Positions 30,319 to 39,740 of a DNA stretch of 64,000 nucleotides are shown in pieces. This DNA is from Alphaproteobacteria bacterium. Lineage in GTDB: Bacteria > Pseudomonadota > Alphaproteobacteria > UBA828. The notes beneath the pieces are model-generated. The model was not told the DNA's origin. It was given only the letters and a program-made list of their open reading frames with translations, and did not search any database. The stretch spans positions 626,510-690,509 of the forward strand of contig CAXXVO010000008.1 in assembly GCA_963422645.2 (NCBI GenBank). The letters are read 5' to 3'. Positions within the stretch are counted from its first letter, which is position 1. Each line of letters starts with the position of its first letter. The translations under genes and the position numbers were made by a program.

Positions 30319-30975
30319 GCCGCATTCTCCACCGCGCCGTTCATGGCTGAGCCCCCCGATCCAGTCGGGTCAAGACCAATACGTCGCGGTCCTCGCCGGA
30401 TGAATACGGAGCTCAGGGCGAAACTCGCCAAGGTAGAGGCGCTGTTCCGGGGGGCCGGCAGTCCGGGGGAGAGGGCCGCCGCCGCCGCGATGGGCCGGCT
30501 GCAAGGCCGCCTGGGCGAATCGGACAGGCATCGCGAGCCTGAAGTCGAACTGAAGTTCTCGCTACCCGATATGTGGTCGGTGAGGCTGTTCATCGCGTTC
30601 TGCCGCAAGCACGGCGTGCGTCCGTACCGGTATGCGAGCCAACGGCGGACGACGGTCATGGTGCGCGCCCGCGAGTAGGAATTCGACCGGGTGGTCTGGT
30701 TCGAGTTCAGCATGCTGCACACAGAGCTTGAGAGCTACTTCGAGGACGTTACCGATCATCTGATCTCGCGCGCCATGTGCTCTGACGGCGACGACAGCGC
30801 CCTCGACCTTCGGCAGTTGCCAGGCTAGATGGAGGTCCCATGAAGCAAACTCTGGTTTGCGCGCCGTGCAATCTGCTCAGTTGTTGTTACGGTGCCAATC
30901 GGCGTCGCACCGTCGGACCGAACGACAGTCAGGGCTACAATCCCAATCGCTAGGAGCGGGAGGGTTAGGGTAGAG

Positions 30976-31524
30976 GTGTTGCGGCTCGGCATACTTATCA
31001 TCGGCTCGTTGTACTGGGACTGCTCACCTCATCGAACCAGATGGCGGCAGCGACATCTTGATTGCGACAGTCGACGACGTGTCAAGGCTCCTATCCGTTA
31101 TGGGCGTCAATCCGCGACTCGTGGTAACACGTACACGATGGTTCTCTCGCCGGGTTTGGGCAAGGAGAATTTTGGCACCGCGATTGCGATACCCTGCAGG
31201 TCCCAAGACCTGGTAAGGGAGGCCGAGTGCCTCTGGACTGCCGAACGTAGCCCCGGAAGCAGCCCGAATAGACGTATCTCGGCCAATTGGGGATGTGTTG
31301 CGCTTGTCCATAATCCCGAGAGCCGTTTTGCGGAGGAGATTCGGCATCGTTGGAGTGAACGGGTGTCTCTGGAAACAGGCTACCAACACATAACTGGGGA
31401 CGCTGACGAAGGAATCGTGGTTGACGGATCAGGCTTCCTGAACATTGCTTGGCCAATCACAACGGCATCTTCGCCTCTTGATTCGGATGCGTTGCTTGTT
31501 ACCGTGACATCTCTGGCGGGCTGA
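30976..31524 (+). CDS. Hypothetical protein, possible GGCT/ChaC-like fold, possibly truncated
   Basis: N-terminal ILIIGSLYW resembles the YGSLxW motif; lower GC. Confidence 0.45.
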   Translation: MLRLGILIIGSLYWDCSPHRTRWRQRHLDCDSRRRVKAPIRYGRQSATRGNTYTMVLSPGLGKENFGTAIAIPCRSQDLVREAECLWTAERSPGSSPNRRISANWGCVALVHNPESRFAEEIRHRWSERVSLETGYQHITGDADEGIVVDGSGFLNIAWPITTASSPLDSDALLVTVTSLAG

Positions 31525-31732
31525 ACGACAACCGGAATACACCTTAGCTCAGCCGCCAGGCTGTCCGACGAACCGAGGCCACCTCAAGGTATTTTGAGCT
31601 CTAGAGAGCCGCTTGCAAAATTCCGCATTTGAGCGGATTTCTGCCGCCGCACAGGGCAGATTTTAGTGGAAATTGGGACCGCTCTCATGGTCCTGTCGGG
31701 TTCTGGACAACCTGGGCAGGGAGAGCGGCCCC

Positions 31733-32866
31733 ATGTCGCTGGGACAGACACTATTCAGATTCTGGCACGCCGTTCAAGCTGATCTTTTCCCCTGGCTTGA
31801 GGAGGAACTCGGGCCGCTGGGCGAGAGGTATCGGCGTCTCATCACCGTGCTTGAGTTGACGCGGGTCGAGAGCTTCATTCCTCACTTCCATGGCCTGCCC
31901 GGCCGGCCGATCGAGGACCGGGCTGCGCTGGCCTGCGCCTTCATCGCCAAGGCTGTGTTCGACATTCCGACGACGCGCGCCCTGATCGAGCGCCTTGAGA
32001 ACGACAAGACGCTACGCCGTCTGTGCGGCTGGACCTATGCCGCAGAGATCCCGAGCGAGGCGACCTTCTCGCGGGCGTTTGCAGAGTTCTCCGAGAGTGC
32101 GTTGCCCGCTCGCGTGCACGAGGCGCTGATCGAGAAGACCATGGGGGAGCATCTGGTCGGGCACATCTCGCGCGACGCAACCGCGATCGAGGCGCGCGAG
32201 AAGCCTCAGCCCAAGCCCAAGGCGGAGAAGCCGAAGCGCAAGCGCGGCCGCCCGCGCAAGGGCGAGGAGCGGCCCAGGGAGCGCCGCCGGGTGCAGCGCC
32301 AGCTCAAGATGACCCTGCCGCAGATGCTCGACGATCTGCCCAAGGCCTGCGATGTCGGCACCAAGCGCAACGCCAAGGGCCATACCGTCTCCTGGATCGG
32401 ATACAAGCTGCACATCGACGCCGCCGACGGCGGCATCCCGATCAGCTGCATCCTCACCTCCGCCTCGCTGCACGACAGCCAAGTCGCGATCCCGCTGGCG
32501 ACCATGACCGCCGAACGCGTGACCAACCTCTACGATCTCATGGACGCAGCCTACGACACGCCCGAGATCGGCTGGCACAGCTACCTCCTCGGCCATGTCC
32601 CGATCATCGACATCAATCCCCGCGACAAGGACTTCAAGGAGGAACTGGCGCAGGAAGCCAAGGCGCAAAGCCGCTTACGCCATGGCCACCCGGCGGACGA
32701 GCGTTACAACGAGCGCTCGAACGTCGAGCGCGTCAACGCCGGGCTCAAGGACAACTGCGGTGGTGGCCGCCATGTCCGCGTGCGCGGCCACGCCAAGGTC
32801 TATTGCCATGCGATGTTCGGCATTCTGGTCCTGACCGTCGATCAGTTGATGCGCCTGCTGACCTGA
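31733..32866 (+). CDS. DDE transposase (IS5/IS1182-like)
   Basis: PSEATFSR, SRDATAI, GYKLH, MDAAYD, YNERSNVERVN. Confidence 0.9.
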   Translation: MSLGQTLFRFWHAVQADLFPWLEEELGPLGERYRRLITVLELTRVESFIPHFHGLPGRPIEDRAALACAFIAKAVFDIPTTRALIERLENDKTLRRLCGWTYAAEIPSEATFSRAFAEFSESALPARVHEALIEKTMGEHLVGHISRDATAIEAREKPQPKPKAEKPKRKRGRPRKGEERPRERRRVQRQLKMTLPQMLDDLPKACDVGTKRNAKGHTVSWIGYKLHIDAADGGIPISCILTSASLHDSQVAIPLATMTAERVTNLYDLMDAAYDTPEIGWHSYLLGHVPIIDINPRDKDFKEELAQEAKAQSRLRHGHPADERYNERSNVERVNAGLKDNCGGGRHVRVRGHAKVYCHAMFGILVLTVDQLMRLLT

Positions 32867-34620
32867 ACGCCGCCTCCGGTTCCGATCCCTGCCATGGCGC
32901 ATGCCTCCCGCGACGGGGGCGGGGAAAGCCGCGTCCGAACCGCGACGGGCGGGCTCGGAAAGTGCTCGAAACGGCCCTGCTTCCCGGAAAGAGGCTTATC
33001 CCTTTGCTTCCGGTTCGTCTAGACGCCTTGAGCGTCATTGATCTTCTCGTTTGAGCCGAGTTTCAGGCGGCAAGTTGTTGCCCCTTCCACAGGCGGTCGA
33101 TTTGATCGTCGAAGCGCTTGACGAGGCGCCCGAGTGCGGGCGGTGCGTTGTCGTCGAAGACCGCCGAGAGTGCCGGGCCGAGGACGCGGCGCTGGCTGCG
33201 GCAGTAGCACAGTGCCACGCGCTGTCCGGCCTCGGTGACGCGGTAGCGGTGCGAGCGGGGGAGGCGTTCGATCAGCCCCCGCAGGCGAAGCCGCCGCAGG
33301 TCATAGCTGGCACGAGCGGAACCATAGGCCTCGGCGTCTACGCCGAGCAGCGGCGCAACATGCTGGCGCAGGTCGCGGTTGGCGAAGCCCATGGGCAGAA
33401 GCCGGAAGATGAGCAGGGCGGCCAGCAACACCTGCACCCGAGGGTCGCCGAAGCGAAGCGCCGCCACGCGACGGTCATCGATCTCGACGGGGCGGTGCAA
33501 CTGCTCGAAGGTCTCCGCTCCCAGCGGGCAATCATGGCTGAGCCGTTGGACGCCCAACAGGCGTCGATTGGCGGCGAAGCCGACCTGCTTCAGGTCATCG
33601 AGGTTGCTCAGCCGTCTGCCGATAGCGAAGTCGTAGGTGTCGTTGATCACGGTCTCGGTGCGAAGCGCACGGCCGCCCTTGTAGTACTGCTTGATACGCG
33701 AGTGCTTGTAGTCCACGTGCAGCGACGGGATGACCCCGTCGGTGATGACGCGGGTGCGATACCGCGAGGGCGTGCGCCTGCTGACGCGACGATCGAAGTT
33801 CAACTGCACATGGTCGGGGCGGCCCAGGTCGAGGTTCTCGCGCATCACCTCCTCGAAAAGCACGCGGCCCTGGGCCGGGCGATCGAAGACATGGGTCAAA
33901 GCAAACTCCGCTTGCAAGATCGAGACCTCGTAGCGGATGTGCGCCGCCCGGTCGGCGGCGGTGAACGGATGAGGCAAGCGCGCCAGCCACTTGCGCAGCA
34001 AAGCCTCGATACGGGGCGCGCTCACCTCCCGGGCGATGGCCTGCATCGCCTCGGCGTCGTCGCAGCGCACGATGCCGTTGTCGAGCGCCTCGAAGCCGAT
34101 GCCGCGCTTCGTCAGTTGGCGCTTCACATACTCATGCCCGTTCACGCAGAGCTTCGCGTTGTACGGAAAGTACGAGCAGAACTTCACAAAGAGCGGGCCG
34201 AAGTCGTCGTCGACCAGATAGACGTAGTACTGGTTGACCATCGCGGTGCTCGCGACCAGCCACGGGTAGGGAGTGAACCGGTGTGCGCGTCGTGACGGCG
34301 CTCGGTGCGCACCACCCGGGCGCGTTCCTGCGCCTTGCCGATGTAGAGCACGCCCTCCCCGCCGCGCCGCTTGAGCAGATACTGCTGTGTGCGCTCATCC
34401 TTGCGCTCGCCGCGCTCGAAGCGGATCAGATCCAGCCCCTCACTTTCGGCGTAGCGTTCCAGCGCGCCGACGAAGTGCCGCGTCATCGGCGCCATCAATG
34501 CCGATGACGGTACCGGATGGCCGCGCACCTCGCGGAAGAAGTGCGCCGCGCCCGCCGGACTCTGCAGCAGCGGCACGTAGACGTTGAGATAGAGCCGGTC
34601 AATGCATTCAAGCTCCAGCG

Positions 34621-36327
34621 TCCTCATTCCCCGAGTAAGGCGCTGGTGGGCAGGCTCGGGTGGCCTTTGGTGATGGATTTTCTAGATTTGAGGTTTGGGC
34701 GCGGTCGGTCGGCCGTGTTGGCCGCCTCGGACCGGGCTTGGCGGGGGCGATGGGCGTGGTGTCGCCGTGGACGGGCCAAGCATGGCGGTTCGCGGGTCGG
34801 CCGCGGCGTTGGCAGCCTGGGCGGAGCGGCCTCAGGCCAAGAGCGGCGGTGGGCGGGTGTGGATGCGCACCCGGTAGCGGTCCAACGCAGTGCGCGCGAA
34901 GCCCGATGCGAAGCGCAAGACCCTCTCGCGCGCATGGCAGATCAGCCGGGCCAGGGTGTTGAGCACAAGAAAACGCAGCCGCTTGGGCCGGATGCGATGC
35001 AGCTCCTCGGGCAGGCCGAGGCGCTTGAACGCAGACAGCAGGTTGTAGAGCATCACGTTGAGGCGGAACCACGCCGCATTGGCACCGAACTTCTGGCTCG
35101 GCAGCGCCGCCGCCGCGAGCTCGTTGGCGAGCACGTCATGGGTATGCTCGACCGTGCCCGCCTTGCCGCGATGCCAGCGCAACAGATCGCCCGCGTCGCC
35201 GCCTTCCGGGTCGTCGCGGTTGGTGACGACACAGAAGTGCTTGACCGCCTCGCCGTCGGCGAACAGCGATCCCTGCCTGCGGCTGATGCGGATGGCGATA
35301 TAGCGAAGCCTGCGCACCACGCCATCCGGCTGATCGATCGCGCCGTCGGGCAGATAGTCGAGCACCGCCCAGTGGCGAAGCACGCCTTCGTCCTCGCGCT
35401 CCAAGTGCCAGGACGCCTCGGCCAGCCCCCGCATCCGCCGCAGCAGCCCAGGGCTCACCGGCACCGAGATCGCAAACCCCACCTTCCTCTGATCCAGGTA
35501 CACCATCAGAGAATGGTCGTAGAGCGCGCTGTCGGCGCGCAGAAAGACCCGCTCCACACCCTCAGGCAACGCTGCCAGCGCACGCTCGATCACACGACGG
35601 TTGCCGCTCTGCGCAGAGACGTTGCCGGCGCGGAACTCGTCGGCCACGATCGCATCCTGCTCCGCCCACAGCGCAACCACCGGCTGATAGCCCCGCCTGC
35701 CGTCGTAGCAGGGCGCAGCAGCCCGCTTGGACGAGGCCAGGATGGTGGCGTCGAGGTCGATCGTCGCCACTCTCTGCGGCGCACGCGCCTGAAGGTCCGC
35801 AACCACCGCCGCCGACGCCCGCGAAAGCGCACGCAGGCCCAGACCCTCCTCCCGCACCGCAGAGCGCCCGCCGCCCAGAAGCGGCAGGTCCGGCTCGTCA
35901 AACGTGGCCAGAAAATCCCGCGCCGTCTGTGCCGCAGGCAGCCCATGGCCCAGAAGAAGCCCAAGCCCGTCCTGGCCGCGTAGACGATCCAAGTCTTCGC
36001 ACGGCTCACCCCCGCAGGCCCACAACGCCAACAGGCTCTCGCACATCTCAGACGCCGACAGGCCACGCTTGCGCCGCTTGTACGGAACCGACCCGTCCAC
36101 CACCACCGCCGCGCCAGAGCTGCGAAAGTGCTCAATCAGCGCAGGCACACCTCCGTGCGACGTCACCGCACCAAGACCGACCTCGTGATCCAACTCAAAA
36201 TCCAGACGAGATCCCGACACCGAACCCCCCCCAACTCTCACCCACAAGGTGAAACCCTCAAACCCCATAACCCGCCAAATGCAAAGGTCAATACCTCAAC
36301 ACCAAAATCAATCCCGGGGAATGAGGA
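34621..36327 (-). mobile_element. IS1380-family element
   Basis: IRs TCCTCATTCCCC / GGGGAATGAGGA; 4-bp TSD AGCG. Confidence 0.9.
34832..36268 (-). CDS. IS1380 transposase (start uncertain)
   Basis: TSHGG, TIDLDAT, GYQP, FRAGN, LRADSA, WHRGKAGTVE motifs. Confidence 0.9.
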   Translation of the reverse strand: MGFEGFTLWVRVGGGSVSGSRLDFELDHEVGLGAVTSHGGVPALIEHFRSSGAAVVVDGSVPYKRRKRGLSASEMCESLLALWACGGEPCEDLDRLRGQDGLGLLLGHGLPAAQTARDFLATFDEPDLPLLGGGRSAVREEGLGLRALSRASAAVVADLQARAPQRVATIDLDATILASSKRAAAPCYDGRRGYQPVVALWAEQDAIVADEFRAGNVSAQSGNRRVIERALAALPEGVERVFLRADSALYDHSLMVYLDQRKVGFAISVPVSPGLLRRMRGLAEASWHLEREDEGVLRHWAVLDYLPDGAIDQPDGVVRRLRYIAIRISRRQGSLFADGEAVKHFCVVTNRDDPEGGDAGDLLRWHRGKAGTVEHTHDVLANELAAAALPSQKFGANAAWFRLNVMLYNLLSAFKRLGLPEELHRIRPKRLRFLVLNTLARLICHARERVLRFASGFARTALDRYRVRIHTRPPPLLA

Positions 36328-37685
36328 AGCGTCGTGTGCTCGTCCAACACTTCGGCGGCGGTCCGTGCTACGGTCATGCTCAGGACTCCGGTCGATGGGC
36401 TCCCCACTTGGCCAAGATTAGAGCCACCAACGCCACAGAGCGATCATGAACGCGGATCCGTCCGCAGAGCGGAGCAGTGACCGGAGTCCACCTCTCTCAC
36501 CGACGACTCCACATGCCTCGTCGGTCTGAGGCAAAGCCTCGCTAGATATTGACCTACGTACCGCAACGGTTTCATCCGGCGGACTCAGAAAATCACAGCG
36601 CAGCCCGGGCCTTATCCGGGCCTTCCAGCAGTAGGAAGGTACACAACATCGTGTGCTCCCGGAGCCAAGGGGATAAGCCTTCCCGGAAAATCGACCCGAC
36701 GACGGCGATCATGCGGCGAAACAGACTGCCCGCGCCGTGAGCCCAGCACATGCGGCCCACGCTCAGGGGTTTTGCAAGTGCCTCTAGATTTAGGAGACTG
36801 CCATCAGTTCTCCTAAGTGCTCCTTAGAGCGTCGTCGTTGTCCCGCGCGGTTAGCCAAAGTCAATATGTCGTCTTTCCGGTGGGTGTGCAACCATCGGAC
36901 GCATTGGTAGTCGGGGGGCAACGCGGAGCGCACAGCGTGCAAGCACGGCAGGGTCTCAATGAGCAAGGCGACTAGCCGGGCGATTGTCGTCTCAGAACGA
37001 GCTGAGTCTCGCAGGTCATCTCCGGCGGCGCTTCCGCCGCCGGATAGGCATGGGTCCTGCTCGGCGTCTCATTCCCTTGTCGGAGAACCCCTCACGTTGC
37101 TTACGCTCACCTGATCTGTGCCGCGAGCCGTCTGCCCCTTCTGAACGCCACCACGACGCCCCTGGGGTGGGTCTTTACACAAGACGATCCTCCAGCCATC
37201 GCGCGGTCTCTCAAAATGGGCGTCGGTAGCGCCACCGCCGATGGATCGGCATTGTCGCCTCGAGTTTGATACCCTCCTCGTTGCACCGCTGCGGGACCGT
37301 TGACCTTTCCCTTCGCCTCCCACTGTACTGGCGAGTCGATTCTGAAGATCCAGTGACCCGCCACCGGATCGACGACGATGGCGCATCCCTTGGCTCCAGC
37401 CCGCTTCCGGCCACCCTTACCGCTGCGCCGCAACGGCCACGCGGCGATGCTGCAATCTGTTGTGTCGAGCATCTCGCATTTGCGTTCTGCTCTCTGCATA
37501 TCTGTGCCAGCTGGGGCTCGCCGGCTCGTTGCTGGAAGAAACGCGCCGGTCGACGAGCCGACGACGCGCCCTTCGTCCGTGGTGTCGTCCGATGAAAGGG
37601 GTTGACCCCTCCCAACCAAACCAGCGGCTCAGTGTGCCCGGCGGCGCCAATCCGGGGCGACGAGCCACAACCAACCCAAGTCGTG

Positions 37686-39044
37686 TCAGCATTCCTGGCG
37701 TCGCCCGAGCCACGCCCCCTCCATCTCGGCGCGGATCCGTTCCGTCACCTTGCGGCCCTCGTCGGTCAGCCCTGACTCGAACCGCTTCCCGTCCATGAGG
37801 ATGACGGGTCCCACCTCCTCCATCCGCTCGTGCGTGACCTCCTTGCCGGCGAGGTAGTCTGGCCGCTCGAAGCCCATCACCTCGACCACCCAGGTTCGCA
37901 CCTCGCCATTCCGCCGCGCCTTGATCAGGAAGTCCGGCAAGCTTGGCCCGTGCTTGGTGCCTATTTCGAACACCGGCTTCTCCATCGTGAACTCGGTATC
38001 CGGGAATTCCTTGCTCAGTATCCACAGCGTCGTCTCGAGCGTCGAGAAGGCCTGGCGCTCGAAGTCCGAATCCACCGGCACGGGGCGGTGGACCGACACG
38101 ATGGGCTGCGCCCAGCCCCGCACGCACTCGTATCCGCGCTGCCTGGTGGTCAGCGCCACAACGCCGAAGAACAGGTAGGGGCCCGACACGGGGCGCCCAC
38201 CGATCGTCGGCCGCTTGATCCGCGAGACCACTTCGAGCTCGCCGTACTTGCTGGTTGCGGGCAGCGATCTCTCTCCCACGTGGCGTACCGGAAAGCACAC
38301 GAACCCTTGCGGCACATGGCCCTTCGGGAAGTTCTGCGCGGCTTCCCGGACCTGCGCATGCACGCGCCGCCGGTCCCAGCCGGTGCGCCACGGGAACAGG
38401 AGTTCGTCCAACGGGTGTCCGGGCGCGACCTCCATTGTCTTCGCCGCGGCGCGCATGGCATCCGTCCACCCACCGATGCCCGGTGCAGGCTCATTCGCCC
38501 GCACCCGCGTGAGGCCGGCCGTCTCCAGCAACCGGCACAGGAGACCCGGCAATGCGGGCATCCGCCGCCGACCCGGTTCCCTGTCCCCGTCCTCCCCCGG
38601 CGCCTGGAGCGGATCGGTCAGCGCCGTGCCGTCCTCGCCGGCGAGCAACTCCGCCGAATTGCCGCGCTTGCGGGCGAGCAGCGCCGCAAAATACCCCTCC
38701 GGCCGTATCCGCGCCGCCCGGCGCCAATCCTTCTCGGCGCGTTCCTCGCGGCTCTCCCGGTAGAAGACGCAGTTCGCGAGGTGCCGCGGACGGTTCTTGC
38801 CCTGCAGGACTCGCCACGAGTACCCGGCGCCCTCCGGCATGCGGCACGGTGCAACGAGGGGATCGTCGTCGATGTCGATCCGGCAGTCGCACCGGAGCCA
38901 CAGATCGTTCTCACTCCCCTCTCTGAGAACGGCCAATGCCAACTCCGCCGCGCCGTCACGCAGCGGATCCTTCACCGCGTCGGCCTCTTTTTCCGTGAGC
39001 TCCCGCACGACGCGCAGCTTGGACTTGGTCACCAGACAGAGCAT
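37686..39044 (-). CDS. DUF1173-like protein (Zn-binding N-terminus, PD-(D/E)xK-like C-terminus)
   Basis: CDC...H...C; PVDSDFER; PDFL...VEVMG...DY...K. Confidence 0.65.
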   Translation of the reverse strand: MLCLVTKSKLRVVRELTEKEADAVKDPLRDGAAELALAVLREGSENDLWLRCDCRIDIDDDPLVAPCRMPEGAGYSWRVLQGKNRPRHLANCVFYRESREERAEKDWRRAARIRPEGYFAALLARKRGNSAELLAGEDGTALTDPLQAPGEDGDREPGRRRMPALPGLLCRLLETAGLTRVRANEPAPGIGGWTDAMRAAAKTMEVAPGHPLDELLFPWRTGWDRRRVHAQVREAAQNFPKGHVPQGFVCFPVRHVGERSLPATSKYGELEVVSRIKRPTIGGRPVSGPYLFFGVVALTTRQRGYECVRGWAQPIVSVHRPVPVDSDFERQAFSTLETTLWILSKEFPDTEFTMEKPVFEIGTKHGPSLPDFLIKARRNGEVRTWVVEVMGFERPDYLAGKEVTHERMEEVGPVILMDGKRFESGLTDEGRKVTERIRAEMEGAWLGRRQEC

Positions 39045-39194
39045 GTCGCGCTCTTCCGCGTCTCAATCGTGAGGGGCAATGTCAGCCGCGCACAGGATGA
39101 TGCAACTGCTTCCCTTACCCCGTCACCGGGTGTTGCCTTCGCACGGGGCGGCGCCTCTACCTGTCCGCCGCCATCCGTGATTCCGGCATCGGTC

Positions 39195-39493
39195 TCAGAA
39201 CGGATCCCGGCCCGGCTCCGCCATCGCCGTCTGCGCCGCCGTCCTCGCCTTCCGGCCCGGCAGCTCTCCCTTGTCGAGGAACGTCTTCAGGCTCCGTTCG
39301 CCGATCTCGATGCCCCGCGCCTTCAGCACCTCGTGCATCTGCGCCACCGTGACGCCCTTGGCCCTTTGCTCGAGCATCCGCTCGCGCAAGCGATCCAGCA
39401 CGTCCTTGAGCGCATCGGTGGCGCCAGCTTGGACAGATCGGCATCGATGGCCTCGAAATCGATGTCGGATTCGTTGAAGCGCCTCGCGACCAT
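39195..39493 (-). pseudogene. Small helical protein divergent from the relaxase (probable mobilization accessory factor), frameshifted ~39420
   Basis: MVARRFNESDIDF...KLAP / DALKDVLDRLRERM...KGVT..QM.EVL..RGIEI...SL in adjacent frames. Confidence 0.5.
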
Positions 39494-39740
39494 GATGCGA
39501 ATCCCCACGTCCTGTAGCTCCATTGGCAGCCAGTGCATGATCGATTGGCCCACCTGCCATGTCAATGCGGAAATCCATACATGTTGGGTTTCCCGGAAGA
39601 TGTGCCACAAGACCTTGTGCCCGGCACATCGGCCGTGATATACGCGAACCATGCCTCCAACAAGCGATTTGAGAAGGAAGCAGGTCTCTCACACCTCTGC
39701 ACTAAAGTGCGCGGTGTCGGCATGTATCGCCCGTTGTATA

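Larger units (their letters stand above)
27764..30407 (+). mobile_element. Full-length three-ORF IS66 element
   Basis: GTAACCATCCGG / CCGGATGAATAC ends; 8-bp TSD GGAGCTCA. Confidence 0.95.
27742..30828 (+). pseudogene. Hypothetical gene (MVDDEELRAKLAKVEALF...) split by IS66 and with an internal stop at 30676-30678
   Basis: Removing the IS66 and one TSD copy restores the frame; the frame continues past the TAG to 30828. Confidence 0.7.
33063..36377 (-). pseudogene. ~530-aa putative Rep_trans-like tyrosine nickase/transposase with C-terminal wHTH; split by IS1380 and frameshifted near 34276
   Basis: MTVARTAAEVLDEHTT|LELECIDRLYLNVYVP...YPWLV...YYVY..DDDFGP...SRIKQYYKGGRALRTETVIN...YDLRRLRLRGLIER..HRYRVT. 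Confidence 0.7.
33019..36545 (-). mobile_element. TIR-less element bounded by CTAG with terminal hairpins (~1.8 kb without the IS1380)
   Basis: CTAG at 33019-33022 and 36542-36545; removal restores the MITE (GGTTCGT-CTAG-ATATTGA). Confidence 0.75.
32991..36681. mobile_element. IS1595-type MITE (~168 bp when empty) split by the CTAG element
   Basis: IRs AGGCTTATCCCTTTGCTTCCGG / CCGGAGCCAAGGGGATAAGCCT; 8-bp TSD CCCGGAAA. Confidence 0.85.
31606..36784 (+). mobile_element. IS5/IS1182-like element hosting three nested insertions in its 3' non-coding region
   Basis: IRs GAGCCGCTTGCAAAA / TTTTGCAAGTGCCTC; 4-bp TSD TAGA. Confidence 0.85.

Noticed and set aside
32991-36681. IS1595 transporter carrying a passenger gene
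   Set aside because: Less likely because the CTAG duplication splits the MITE's own subterminal motif, which points to a separate insertion; not fully excluded.
36790-37680. ORFs 37107-37619 and neighbours
   Set aside because: No convincing start or motif; may be a degraded gene but cannot be supported.
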